A DNA stretch of 61,757 bases, the filler included, from Blastocystis sp. subtype 4 (taxonomy: Eukaryota): assembly GCF_000743755.1 (NCBI RefSeq). It is 8 parts of 8 records of this genome, joined end to end, with 100 filler letters (N's around TTAATTAATTAA, not from the genome) between each part and the next. Parts side by side here need not be neighbours in the genome. Positions count along the whole stretch, not along the records: positions 31,101 to 38,729 come from NW_014569153.1; positions 38,830 to 46,438 come from NW_014569152.1; positions 46,539 to 54,107 come from NW_014569151.1; 5 more parts are not named here. One strand, written 5' to 3'. Under the pieces are notes generated by a model. It saw nothing but the letters and a program-made list of their open reading frames with translations, had not been told where the DNA came from and did no database searches. The translations under genes and the position numbers were made by a program. Shown here one piece after another: positions 36,382 to 49,030 of this stretch. Every line of letters begins with the position of its first letter. Position 1 is the stretch's first letter.

Positions 36382-38470
36382 CTAAAGGTATTGGAATGCC
36401 CCTTTACTCATAAACTGAGGCTGATCTCCTCCTTCACTTCCCTTCTTCTTCTTATGCTGCTTCTTGGAACTCCGCTCCTTAGGGCGACGTTGACGAGGCT
36501 TGTGAGCCCCTGTATTCTCCTCCGTCGTCTTCGGCAATTCCGCTACCATTAATGCCTTACAATGCACTTACCAAGCATTTCGGCGTTCATTGTTGTAGGA
36601 TCAATTCCTTCCTCCTTCTGAGGAAGAGACGCAATAGGATTCTCAGGAATCACTCCCATGGAAGGAGGAGGAATATACCACTTCAACACACCATTTAATA
36701 CATCATTCATAATAACAATAGCTCCCCGCGGTTCATTCACACCACTGTGATTACTAGCCATATATCCACGTTGTGTACACATAGCCTAGAATGAAAGGAA
36801 GATAGAAATCCAACCTGCAACAACTGCCGAGGATGTGGAACTGCATTTGGAGGATCTAATGGATTCCTTGGTAATCTGATGTGATAAACACGTTCCAGTT
36901 CTTCACGCTGAATACGTTGACAAACTAGCCGGATTGGCTCAATATAATCACGCATATTCGAAGAAGGAAGCACTCCATTAAACAGAAGATCAGCTTTGGT
37001 ATTCATGAACACAGGGAACACGAGACCTGGACAGTCACACAGCATAAGAGTATCAGATAGAATCACTGTCTGAAGATGCTTGGTCTTACCAGGTGTGGCA
37101 CCTACGGCTACTCGGACTGCACCATGAGATGAAGCCGAGACTCCAAGCAGAACGTTAATTAGAGAGGATTTACCAACGTTCGGGAAACCAACCATACCTA
37201 CGACAGCTCGTCTATCAACCCACTCCAATCCTTCATCAAGAGAATGTTCCCTGATCTCCTCATATGCAAGATTTGTTTGTTCTGAGAGATAACAAAGTAC
37301 TTCTTCACGACTTCGAATTCGATAGCGAGACTGTTCTTCTGGTGTTTCTTTCATGTCTTGCAATATCTTCTCTTCTTCTTCATTCACTTGTTCTTGGTGA
37401 CTCTCTTCATCCACTTGGTCTATGGATACCACTTCAGGAGTACTCACAATATCCTGCTTCTCAGCATCCGATGTGTCTTCAGACACTTCATCTTCAGACT
37501 CTTCTTCTGATTCTTCTGATTCATCCATCAATGAAGCAAAAGCATTTTCTGAATGCTTCTCTATAGGAATTTCCTCCACAGTTTCTTCCACCTTCTCCTC
37601 TGCTTCCTCAGCACGCTTTTCTGCTTCTTTCTCAATCACAGACGAAGACTGTTTTGCACTGAAGAACACAAAACCAATATTCACGGAATCAAAATATCGA
37701 CCCCACTGGAGACGAACGTGTTCAGGTATTAGATCTGCCTTGTTTACTATAAGTACACATCGTTTATGAGGATTGACCTCCTTGGCATACACTTCCACAT
37801 CAGGACATCTAGAATGAAGAATGAACTGAAAATAGACCTGAAAAGAAGAGGATTACGACAATCCACGATTTGAACAATGAGATCGCTCTTCTCAATCACA
37901 CGCCATAATTGTCGCCACACCTCCAAGTTCTTCTCGAAAGGAGCAACTGCACCGTCACTACTCTCCACCTGTCTATGAATCACGTTCCTGGAGAGACATT
38001 ACTGAGCAACATTGCGACGCCAATCCAAAAAGTCCATACGTTCCATCCTATCTTGTTCTTCGGGAGAACGTACGCTGTCCCACTTAGGACGCCTAGGAAT
38101 TTGCATACTCCTGTACTTAGAAGCCAGTTCTGGATCCTTCGTCTGTGTGACGGCTTTAACATCTCGATCAATTATAACAGCACTTCCTTTTTCTGTTTCA
38201 AAGTTTCGTTGAGATAAAGCAACCGTATCAAGGAAATCATCCTAAGAGTAACACGAAACGAACTCCAATCACCAGATTGTTGATATCCAGAACCGAGTGT
38301 AGTCCAGTTTCAGGCAATAGACCAGCAGAAGCCTTTTCAACCTTCTTCCTAGAAGTTCATATCTACATTCATATCTACTTCTCACGCATCTCCTGTTTCT
38401 TGGACCGAACAATAGCAGCTTTATTCTTGATGATTGCCTTTCCAAGCGATTCTTTGGATGTTTTCGGCAT
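36382..38470 (-). CDS. LSG1: Large subunit GTPase 1
   Basis: PFEKNLEVWRQLWRVIEKSD, IVDCRNPLLFR, NKADL, GFPNVGKSSLIN, TPGKTKH, LCDCPGLVFP. Confidence 0.95.
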
Positions 38471-38617
38471 TACCTAAAGAATTAGATCCTATCCTACAAT
38501 TTGGAATACTTGTGATCAAAAGATAACAAATAAATTATAATTACCAAGAGTATCCTAACAAACAAACTACTACGGGCAGAACAACCAAACGAACACTCTA
38601 CGTACTCATGTGAACCT

Positions 38618-38729
38618 TTACTTGGCCTTGTCAAGAATGATACCATCATACTGTTTCTTGAACCATTCCATGGCATCCTCACGAGTTACCTTATGAGAAT
38701 AACCAATTCTGCTACGTTGAGCCTTTCTC
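38618..38729 (-). CDS. RPL11: 60S ribosomal protein L11 (uL5), 3' end
   Basis: RKAQRSRIGYSHKVTREDAMEWFKKQYDGIILDKAK*. Confidence 0.9.
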
Positions 38730-38829
38730 NNNNNNNNNNNNNNNNNNNNNNNNNNNNNNNNNNNNNNNNNNNNTTAATTAATTAANNNNNNNNNNNNNNN
38801 NNNNNNNNNNNNNNNNNNNNNNNNNNNNN
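38730..38829. other. Artificial contig spacer
   Basis: N44-TTAATTAATTAA-N44. Confidence 0.99.
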
Positions 38830-40245
38830 AGACTTACAACCAGGAGGCATTGTCGGGATCTGAGTGGTAGGAACAGGAGTAGTAGGGATTGGTGTAGTTG
38901 GAACAGGAGTAGTAGGGATTGGTGTAGTTGGAACAGGTGTAGTAGGGATTGGTGTAGTTGGAACAGGGGTTGTTGGAACAGGAGTGGTAGGGATTGGTGT
39001 TGTTGGAGCTGGAGTAGTTGGAATTGGAGTAGTTGGAGCTGGGGTGGTTGGAATTGGGGTGGTTGGAACAGGAGTAGTAGGAACAGGTGTGGTAGGAACA
39101 GGTGTTGTTGGAGCTGGAGTAGTTGGAATTGGAGTTGTTGGAGCTGGGGTAGTAGGTACCTCAGTAGTAGGTACTTCAGTGGTAGGTAACTCAGTAGTAG
39201 GTACTTCAGTAGGATAAGAAGGATACTTCAAACCAAAAGCATATCCAGCAACTCCAGCATAATTACCTCCAGTCTCTTCATCCAATACAGGTAACTTTAA
39301 CTCCAAATGTTCACAAGGAGTGATAGCCAGATCTACCAACCAATATCCATTCTCATGATCATCGTCATATCCAGTAACCACACCATATACAGAAGGCTGA
39401 GAATACTTACCATTGAACCATTCATCAGTCTTGTTCATTGTATTAGTATATCGAACTCTTAACAGATTCAAAGCCATCAGACTAATCGTAGCAGCACCAG
39501 AAGACACAAGATTCATCAAACCCCCTCGATTCCATCCCTCAGGCTTTACCACCTCAAAATGATAACGTTTGGCATATGTAGAAGAACACATATTATCACC
39601 CAATCGTTTGGCTTCCTCTTCACTCATTAGTCCCGTTGTCTGAACAAATTCTCGTAAATCTCTCATCCAAACGCCATCGCAAGTATCTTCTCCCATCTCT
39701 TGTTCATAGCAAGTCAGAAGATATTCCAATGACAATTTCTCATCAATACCCTGATTATGAAGTGCAATTTCAGCAGCACTGATCGTTGCTGTTGCCCAAG
39801 ACACAGCACATGTTTGGCTTTGTGCATACTTTAAAAGTTTAGGATGGTCTGCATTACAAAAATCACGTTGCAACACAGGTTGATAGTATTCATGAATATC
39901 AACATCAAGCGGCTCATAATAAGATCCCACACCCAAATATTTGATCTTGAGATCCATCATTTTCAGGATGTCGGATGTTTTGTAATCCGCAAGTATATTC
40001 AAAGACAATGGGAATGACAAAAAACTGCTCTTTTCATTCATTTCTTCACAAGAAATCTGATAGTCAAGATAACTCGTACTAAAAATCAATTTCACGAAAC
40101 ACTCTTACTGTGAATACGTACTACAGTCCGTGTTACATTTCTCAGGATAAAACGCTAGATATTGTAGATATGAATCTATACTGCATGACGTCTCACCCAT
40201 AACTGTAATCAAGCTCAGAACTATCAAAACAAATACATAGTGCAT
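38830..40245 (-). CDS. Secreted papain-fold pseudopeptidase with mucin-like stalk (3' end truncated)
   Basis: Signal peptide MHYVFVLIVLSLITVMG; QSQTCAVSWATATISAAE, LSLEYLLTC, CDGVW, VVTGY, YWLV. Confidence 0.75.
38850..39212 (-). repeat. 15-bp tandem repeat encoding PTT(P/E)(A/V/I), about 24 units
   Basis: Directly visible in the DNA and the translation; synonymous positions vary between units. Confidence 0.95.
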
Positions 40246-40471
40246 TCCTCTTTTGATTTCAGACATAACTATCCAATAACTCTAGAAGAATGGTAAGCAA
40301 TTTGAATAGAATACTATACGACAAGTGGTGGCAAGTGTCGCAACTAGCCTAATAAATGATTCCTATTTATGGCTCCTTTGTATCTAGGATTGGGGCCTTC
40401 TGGATCAAATAACCTTGATTTGTTTCAAATATCACACTTATCCATTTCTATCCTAATGAAGTATTATTTGC

Positions 40472-40479
40472 AACAAACA
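40472..40479 (-). terminator. TGTTTGTT downstream polyadenylation element of the Rab gene
   Basis: Lies exactly 4 nt after in-frame T40484. Confidence 0.85.
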
Positions 40480-40483
40480 ATCA

Positions 40484-41196
40484 AACATTTGCATACTTTT
40501 CGATCATCACCGAGATCGGTAATATCAATAACACCAGGACTATATCTATATCTAAATACACGCTCTCTCTTCCTTACACGTTTTGCCGAAATGAATGTTT
40601 CATCGCTATATCGATAACACAATCAAAAGCTTCGTTGACATAAGCACCTGTCCTTGCACTCGTTTCAAAGTAACAATTTCTGTCAATTCCATTGTTATCA
40701 CACCATGTTAACACATCATCACTGTGGACATCTAACTCTTCTGCGCAGTCACATTTCGTTCCAACAAGAACAAATGGCGAGTCAAGTCGACTTGAAGAAT
40801 CTGTCTGCAAAAGAAATTCGTTTTTCCAAAAAGGGAGATTATCAAATGATGACGCATTGCACAAATCGAATACAAGGATACAGGCATCAGCTCCATGATA
40901 CAAACTTGTCCCTAAACTCTGAAACCGTTCCTGACCAGCTGTATCCCAAAACTAGCATATTATAGAATTCAAAAATCTGAACTTGCAGTTCGATTGTCAT
41001 CCCATCTTCTTCCATAACTTTTGATATCATAGACGCTCCAACAGTTGTCTGGTATTCACAAAAGAAGAATCCATTCACATAACGAAGAAGGAGAGATGAT
41101 TTGCCACAACTATACTCATTATCCTAATAATCCATCTCCTTGCCCCGAATCTCCGATTATCACAACTTTGAAAAAACGACGCGCATGAAGAGACAT
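40484..41196 (-). CDS. Divergent Rab7-like GTPase
   Basis: FKVVIIGDSGCGKSS, YQTTVGA, WDTAGQERFQSLGTSLYHGADAC, GTKCD, FETSA; predicted C-terminus RKVCKC. Confidence 0.9.
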
Positions 41197-41213
41197 GATT
41201 GTTAACAAACATC

Positions 41214-42850
41214 TCAGTATGTGTCCAGATAGGACAGCATAATATCACTCATTTCCCACTTTTTCTGGAGATCGGCTACTACCTTAATCTCACTCTCACT
41301 AAAGAAGAAACAGTCTTGCATTCTAGAGGTCAACTCTACTACAAAGTACACACATTTCAATAGCCTCAGTGATAGTCTGAATTGCAGTTCGGAGAGAGCC
41401 ACTTCGTACAATAATAGAAGCCAGCACTAGCAACTAACTATTAAAGAATAAGCGTATATCAACATCATTAACCAACTCTCTCTTCAAATCAGGTTGATAT
41501 GTTTTTTCGTAATGAACCACGCGACAAGCACAATATTCAGCAAATTCGTAATTCTATACATGAAACACTTTGGTTAAGAGAACATTTGTCAAACAATAAT
41601 GATCACGACATGCTTTGTATAGTAGGAATAAGATATAGTTATCTTCATCTAATTCCTTTTCAGCTTCTCGCACAACTGCATCACAAGATCGACCTTGATT
41701 CTCATATTCTCTAATTCTTAACTAGTGATGACATAATCACTCAAAATCACTTAACATGGTTTCGTAATCAAGACCGTTCATCATATTAACAGGAAACAAG
41801 AATTCGTAATCTTGATTGCATTCAGTACAATGCTGGTTCTCTTTTAATTAACTAACTATCCAAGACTTACGTTCTACACTTTGGGGTTGGATTCGATGTC
41901 CATGAGGACAAAGGAGTCCCATCAAATACCCTGGTCTGTTCTTCTCTTCATCAACGATAGAGTATTCCATGTATCGTTCATGAAACAATCTACATCACAA
42001 CCATTTTTCACAGCTACTTATTCCGAATACATGCTGGATACGAACAACTACAGAATGGAAACTAGAATTAATAAGGATATTCATACTCACAGTGAGTGGC
42101 TCACCTTTGGAAATGGTCTTACTTGCAAAGAGAAGCAAACGATTTCCATCAAATTGATAGCTTGTGTTCGGATCTTCTGAAAATGCACAACTTGAAACAA
42201 AAGGATAGATTCCAACACCAATTTGTTCATTATCGGCGTAAATCGGAATTTCTTTGTTCTTCATCACTTTGTACATCAAAATAACCTCATCCTCATCTGG
42301 AAGAACATCCTTCTCTTCCACTTCTGCGATCAATCCCTGTAGCCACTATTCTTTATCTATCAATCCATTCAATACGATGGAAATATTTGTTTCTTCACAT
42401 GTCTGTTCACAATCGGTATCTAAATCTCAAAGTATCCATTTACATCGACCAAAGTCTTTCATCAAATCCAGCAGATCCATAGTCGTTGCTTTCACGAGCA
42501 ACTGATTCTTCTCAGATTCACTCTCGAGAGAATCATAATCTCGAATGGAAGCCCCTTCGTAATCAATTGCTGTGAATCGATATAGAAGAATATCACGAGC
42601 TAATACTGATGTGGGCTATAGATCAGAAGTCTCCTAAACACAGACATCCACATCAACCATATTGGAAAGGATTTTAAATACAGGACATTCCACTTTATGA
42701 TATTTCCTATGTATCAACAACATGTAATATACGTACCAGTCAGCAATCTGACACTGCTTTGAACAATACCGCACCAACTTGCATCGTGAGCAACGGGAAA
42801 GTGATTTAAATCGTTTAAAGCAATAATGACAAATAGATGGAATGGGCTGA
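41214..42850 (-). CDS. SMYD-like MYND zinc finger + degenerate SET protein; start unresolved
   Basis: CHYCFKRFKSLSRCSRCKLVRYCSKQCQIADW; IGVGIYPFVSSCAFSEDPNT...ASKTISKGEPLTVS. The usual NHSC motif appears as AFSE. Confidence 0.75.
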
Positions 42851-43105
42851 CTGATTGAGTTTATCGTTTTTGCTTGTTTGTTCGAGTAATTTGGTGGAAT
42901 ACTGTCGCCCCTGAAAAGGAGGTATTAATCATCTATTATGATTTGCAAGAATCGAAGAATAGATTTTTAAAACTGGTGAGTCGAAGTAGAAGGAAATCAA
43001 GATGGCTTCTACTTTCGCGGTTTTATTATGCATTTCCGCACTCATCATCACATTCCTTTTCTCTTATTCTCTGTACTTGAAAGTGTTAAGAGGAGAGCAA
43101 GAGAA

Positions 43106-44958
43106 ATGGCTCGGTATGAGATAGTGGGAGAGTACAAAAGATGTAAAAAGAAGGGGGGTCTTTCGTACTTGTTTGATAAAGAATCCAAAGCTCTTGTTCA
43201 GTGTGATACAGTAAGTAACTGTTTCTCTGTAAAAGGATGAGCAAAGGACTATTGATGTTGATGCGCTATGAAGCTGCTCCAAATGATCAATAGTTTTCAA
43301 TCTGATGTTTGCTAATGATTATTCCACTAATGTTCTTGTAGGTCATCATAGGAGATGTCCTTGTTTTGAATAGTACTTCACACGAATTTGCAATTGATAA
43401 GGAAATTTCATTGCCGGTATTATCGAGAAGAATCTTTGAGTCGTAGCATGGAACATTTGTTAACGTTTCTACTCCACTTCTCAAGAAATATGGTATTCTT
43501 ATAAAATTCAATATAAGCCCACTTGTTTCAGAAGAAGTGGAAGTGTATTTTGATAGTCTCTTGATTCGAGAGGATTGGATGAGTAGTTTTTTGCGATATT
43601 CACTACCTGAAAATGTTCCCTGTGAGTTGCATTTGGAATCTTTTATGTAGCTGACCTGTATTCTGAGGAGTTACCAAACGATCTTATCTTTCGTGAACTC
43701 CCATCTATTCTTCGTTTGTATTAGTTCATTGACTCATTGGATAGAAGTACCAGATTACCAAATTCGTCCTCTTTTGTGGCGCAAAATACGCCAGTGTTGT
43801 GTCCGTATCAATTTGGAGGATGAACGATTTGGAAGAGAAATCCGAATTCGTTATAATACGATTCAGGAGTTGATTAACACTTGTGAGGAAGATGGAGATA
43901 TATTTAATTGTAACGGGATTCTAGAAGATTGTTTGAGGTTATTTCAACATGTTTTGTTTCGTTCGCTTCCAATTCCGGAAAAGATTGAGTACAACCCAAT
44001 GGATATTGAAATTCCATTTTTAGACCCAGATTGGGACTATCTGGAATTGGTTCATGACTTTTTCTTGAGATTGGTAGAAGAGGTGATTCTGAATGACGAC
44101 TAGATCACCTGTCCTCACATCCGAATTGATCTGCTTCGTCAATCTATTAGCAATGACTTTATTCGGAATTATCTCTATCTCTTCCTATCCCAAGATGCGC
44201 GAGAAAGATTGATCGTTCGTCTTGTAGCTCATCAGCTATATGGGCGCTTACCAAAACGAAGGTCATTATTTCGACGTGTTTTTGGAGAAATGTTAAGTAA
44301 TGTTCAACAATTGGGTCATCGAGTGACAGGTGTTGACGATATTCTCACAGTGTACAACAGTATTGTATGTGGCTTTGCCCTTCCGATCAAAGCAGAACAC
44401 CTTCATTTCCTTGAACATTGTCTTCTCCCGTTACACAAACTAGATGGATTGGCTGAATTTAGTTCCTCATTGACTCGGTGTCTTTTACTTTTCATTGCGC
44501 GAGATTCTAGTCTGAGTTCTACTGTATGTGTTCGTTTTTGGACTGATGATCAGATTCTACGTGGAATTCTGCATTATTGGCCTCGCAGTAATAGTCAAAA
44601 TGAGATCATTTTGATTGATGAGATTGAGAAGATCATTCAGACAATGAATGGTGAGCAACTGGGATCCGTTCTTCCTCCACTTCTCCATCGATTCCAGCAG
44701 TGTCTTGTGAGTGAGAAATTCCTCGTGAGTGATCAGCTGAGGAATTAGATGTAGGTGGCTCAACGTGTGTTAAAACTATGGGATGGTGATGAATTTGCCC
44801 ATATTGTATTATACCATGACCAAAACTGTACATATTCGTGGAAGTATCTGTCATCTTCGATGCAGCAAGTGGCGAACGATTGTTGGAATAGTCAAGTGCG
44901 CGAGAGTGCTGCTCATGTGATCTCCTTATACATGAAAGTCAGCAGCTGTCAAGACTAA
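43106..44958 (+). CDS. PP2A regulatory subunit B56/B'-like, with N-terminal extension
   Basis: LFRSLP, FLDPDWDYLELVHDFFLRL, SQDARER, IVCGFALPIKAEH, LLPLHK, LHYWPRSNSQNE, FLVAQRVL, WN. Confidence 0.85.
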
Positions 44959-45028
44959 CGCGTCCCTTCAGGGGCTGCTATTTGCACTGTGTTTGTTAAG
45001 TCAACAACGTAATGCAACATAAAGTAAC

Positions 45029-45358
45029 TTAAGAACGATTCCATTGACTCTCTCTCCTTCTTCCTCGACGCCCACATCGTCCAGACATTTCCTGCTCATC
45101 ATCAGTGTGTAATTTCCTCCACTGGTTATTCTGATTCTTCACTTTCTTCACGGTAATGCTCCAATCCTTCACGTAAGGCTTGGGAGTCTGGGGACAGGTG
45201 ATTGCACGCATACGTGCCATATCATGGAGTTCTGTCTTGTTTTTCCATAAAGACTTCATTGGAATACTTCCTGTGTTGCCATACGTCATAGCATTCCAAA
45301 AGGCGTGGGTCATATCAGAAAGAACCGAAAAGGATCTTTTGCATACAAACTTCTGCAT
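45029..45358 (-). CDS. Small basic hypothetical protein, possibly mitochondrion-targeted
   Basis: Intronless ORF beginning MQKFVCKRSFSVLS with an Arg-rich C-terminus. Confidence 0.45.
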   Translation of the reverse strand: MQKFVCKRSFSVLSDMTHAFWNAMTYGNTGSIPMKSLWKNKTELHDMARMRAITCPQTPKPYVKDWSITVKKVKNQNNQWRKLHTDDEQEMSGRCGRRGRRRESQWNRS

Positions 45359-46355
45359 TCTATATTGTCTTACAAAAACAGAGTCACTCACGCTTATGTA
45401 TTCTCGTTTGGTATTACTAATATGACAAAGAACCAATTCTACGATACTTTTATAGATTCCAAAAGAAGACAAAGCGTCTAGTGATCCAAGTCTTGATTAT
45501 CATAGTTTCCAACATGAAAACGTTCCACAGTTCTATTTGTCATAAGTCGATGTGTTCTAATATTTTAGTGAAACGATCTCTGCACCATGCAATTACCATT
45601 TGGGTTACTTGGATCGGATTGCTTCTTGGAAGTACTTCCTAATCTTAATTATACGATTTCATTTCTCAGTTGGCTGCTTGGAATCAATAGATTAGTACAG
45701 CATAATGTTACTGTGATGTCACCTGAATAGAGCATAAAGAATCGATCTCAGCAATCTATAGATGCGTTAAAGTCTATTTGTAGAGACCAAATCGACGATT
45801 CATGATTCACGATACCATTAGAAACTGTTAGTAATAACATTGTTAAAAATAAAATGTATCATAGACTTTGCTTTTTCGTAAATATCAGTGAATTCGTTCC
45901 TATGGCTCTGAATCAATACTACCTTTTATACCCAAGTAAATGTTCATAACTTCACGAAACTGCGTTCTCCTTTCAATGTTAAGGCCTATTATCAAAACTA
46001 TTTCGCTCTTTCTCTATTTCGACTTCTACAAATTACTACAATTCTGGAGATTCACTCATTGTTAGTTTATTCAACTCTATTCACGTACTGATAAAACTGA
46101 CATATATTATTTTCTCGGAAACTTCCTACAACTCTGTTCTGATGCTAACGTTATTACTGATTTATTTTCCAATTCTCTTCTATAATATGGATAGACTAAC
46201 ACTTTTCTATCTGTTCTGAACTTATCGACGTTTATATTGGAAGAAGAGACGATATAATCGAATCGGCATTTCGGTATTGTACCTAATTCGTGAATAAATG
46301 TCATGCGTCATTTGTAGAGGTCGACTCAAAATCATAATTATATTAGTAAGCAAAT

Positions 46356-46438
46356 ATGAGAACTTCTTTCATGATTCTTGCTCTCATTGCAGCTATTGCT
46401 GCTGCTGAGAAGTATGCTATGGTCTTTGGTGGAGCTGA
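46356..46438 (+). CDS. 5' fragment of a secreted protein, probably legumain-like (peptidase C13)
   Basis: MRTSFMILALIAAIAAA then EKYAMVFGGA, comparable to legumain WAVLVAGS. Confidence 0.5.
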
Positions 46439-46538
46439 NNNNNNNNNNNNNNNNNNNNNNNNNNNNNNNNNNNNNNNNNNNNTTAATTAATTAANNNNNN
46501 NNNNNNNNNNNNNNNNNNNNNNNNNNNNNNNNNNNNNN
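46439..46538. other. Artificial contig spacer
   Basis: N44-TTAATTAATTAA-N44. Confidence 0.99.
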
Positions 46539-46773
46539 TGTGGGTCGATTCTAGAAAGCAGTTCTACTAATGTGCTTGGAAAGTCTTTTTCTTTTAGACA
46601 TGGGAATGGGTGATGGCGAATGGTTATGTGTGAATGGATGACATGTTTGTTACAGGATTGAATACTGAAAGGGAATGGGAGTGAAACGATCTCTGTACAG
46701 AAAAGGAATCCCAACTTCCTTGGATTGTACAACAAACAAACGATAAGGCTACGCATCTAATCAATTAGTGGAG

Positions 46774-47312
46774 TTAGTATACACAAATATAGGATGAGTT
46801 GAATAGAGGACGATATTCAGCATTAAAAACATGAATCATATGTGTAGGAGAACCATTGGTATCAACTAATTCCCCCCTATAATCACAAAATAATCCTTAT
46901 TTGTACTTTTCATAATTACACCATTTGATGAGTCCACCTTCAAGACTATAGGCTTTGACACCTTTGGCTAGAAGTTCACTTACTACATGGCAACTCCTTT
47001 TGCCGATTGTTGAATAGAATACAGTTTTAACAAAGGGAAAGTTCTCATTATCCATCCTCTCCATATATTCTGCCTAGAAGTCACTCTAAGATAGAAAGAG
47101 ATTACATATGTTATAGCACCCTTGATTTTGGATACGCTTATCTCCACATCACTACGAGTGTCGACAAGCAAGATATATTCATCCGATTCGTTCATCAATT
47201 TCCATAACTCTTCACATGTAATAAGATTCTCTGGGGCTAAGCCCTTAGTAAATTGAGAGGCAAAGGCCTTCAACTGCCTTACTATTTCTTCAGTGCTATT
47301 TTCAGAACTCAT
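46774..47312 (-). CDS. Single rhodanese-like domain protein
   Basis: LLVDTRSDVEISVSKIKGAI, VFYSTIGKRS, AYSLEGGLIKW. Confidence 0.8.
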
Positions 47313-47513
47313 ATGTTGGAATTATATATGATAATCGAAGAGCAAGATTGAAATAACACAAATAAGTGAATTTCTTCGATTCTTGATTAGAAAGAATCAC
47401 TGTACATGTGCTTACACTCTTGTTGTGAACAGATGAAGAAAAGCATGATTCTAGAACAAAAACGTACGATTGAAACAAAAACAGAATACACTATACCCAA
47501 TATATAAACACAA

Positions 47514-48926
47514 TTAAAAGGTGAAGAAGAAATTGTTCCTGGAAGCAGATCGATAATTCCCTACAAATGAAGAGCAGTAAAAAGTATTACCAAACTTTTC
47601 TTCTAATACCCTCCTTACATTCTCGTACTTCGCACAGTTCCTAAACATTACTGGCTCTTTCTTCACGTACGGTAGTTCCCCTGTTGGTCTTTGCACTTCT
47701 CTCTAATAGTCAAGAGTCTAAAATGGATGTACCTTCTTTTCAGATTGAATTTCTTTGAGACACGCAAACTCAAACTGCTGATAATAATAATCTAACAGAT
47801 CGCGTTCCACAGAGAGGACATTCTTTTGCGATGCATCAAAAGAACGAGTTACATAATATGGAAGATTCGTATCAGGTTGGACTCTCTTCACAGAATAGTC
47901 TCCAGACGGGCGAATACTGAATCATCAACAAATTGCAATGGTACCTGTAGATGGGGGCCGAAGGTCGATTCAGGAAGAACATCAGAACCATATAGCCAAT
48001 AATCATGATAAGAGGAAGCAACCGCTGAAGCAGAGTTGGCTATAAATAAATAGAAGGCACCACGATTACAGGAGTCTGAGTTCCTTGAGGTTGCTGTCGG
48101 AAGAAATGAGTACGAACTCCATTTCCTCCATAGGTTCGATAGACAGTATGAACACCACCCATAAATGGATCCCCACCTAGGATGTACCGAACGAATGGTA
48201 CCTACCAAAGAACATTCGGAAAATATCGTCAGCATCAACTGTAGTGAAATTAGCATATTGGGCAGCATTGGTAGCTGACTGAGAATCACTGAATACATTG
48301 GAATCTCCTGAAGTCCTCTACAGTGAAACCTCTCAGTAATAGAAACCGGTCTATTATCATAATCACGACGTTTCTGTTCATCGCTTAAGGTACTGTAGGC
48401 AGCAGCAACTCTCTTGAATGCTTCTTCTGCCCCAGGAGCCTTGTTCTTGTCAGGGTGAGTGTCTTTTGCGAGCTATAGGAAAGAAGTGTGACATCACCCA
48501 CTTTACGATATGCACGCTTGATATCAGCTGTACTAGCTGTAACTTCAATTCCAAGAATCTCGTAATAGTCGTTTTTTGAGTTGATTTCGTCAGCCAACTT
48601 TTTGTCTTCCTATCTGTAATTGACATAAAATGGTATCACTGGACTAAACTCACCTCGAATCGGCGATTCTTTCGGTTTTGCAGTCTCACGGAAGCGTAAT
48701 TCAGAGGCTGGTTGTTTTGCTATGATTAGTACAGAATACGAAACGTACAATTGCTTTCTTCTGTCCTTTTCTTACCAGCAATAATTGTTAATAACTCTAG
48801 AGCCCGAGTATTTGATGGATCGCGATCCATTGCTTTTTTCAAGTATTTCGTTGCCTTGTCAAGTTCTCCACGAAAGATAAACTCAGAGGCCTTATCGCAA
48901 CACTGACTAACGTAATCTTCAGACAT
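47514..48926 (-). CDS. DnaJ protein, DNAJB12/14-like
   Basis: N-terminal TPR-like helix pair; DYYEILG...IKRAYRKLA...HPDKNKAPGAEEAFKRV; downstream hydrophobic segment. Confidence 0.85.
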
Positions 48927-49030
48927 TTTCTGATGGAAGATGAAGATGGTAAATCATTTCTTGCGATGTCCTTGGAATACAAATGGCAAAATGGACTCGA
49001 GAATGAACTCTTGGTAGTAGTAAACAAAGG

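Noticed and set aside
38864..39217. Gly/Val repeat ORF on the + strand, or a CRISPR-like array
   Set aside because: Antisense shadow of the PTTP coding repeat; tandem 15-mers without unique spacers.
45400..46350. Longest apparent gene-free stretch, including ORF 46107-46304
   Set aside because: AT-rich, with no recognisable coding, repeat or RNA signature; left unassigned.
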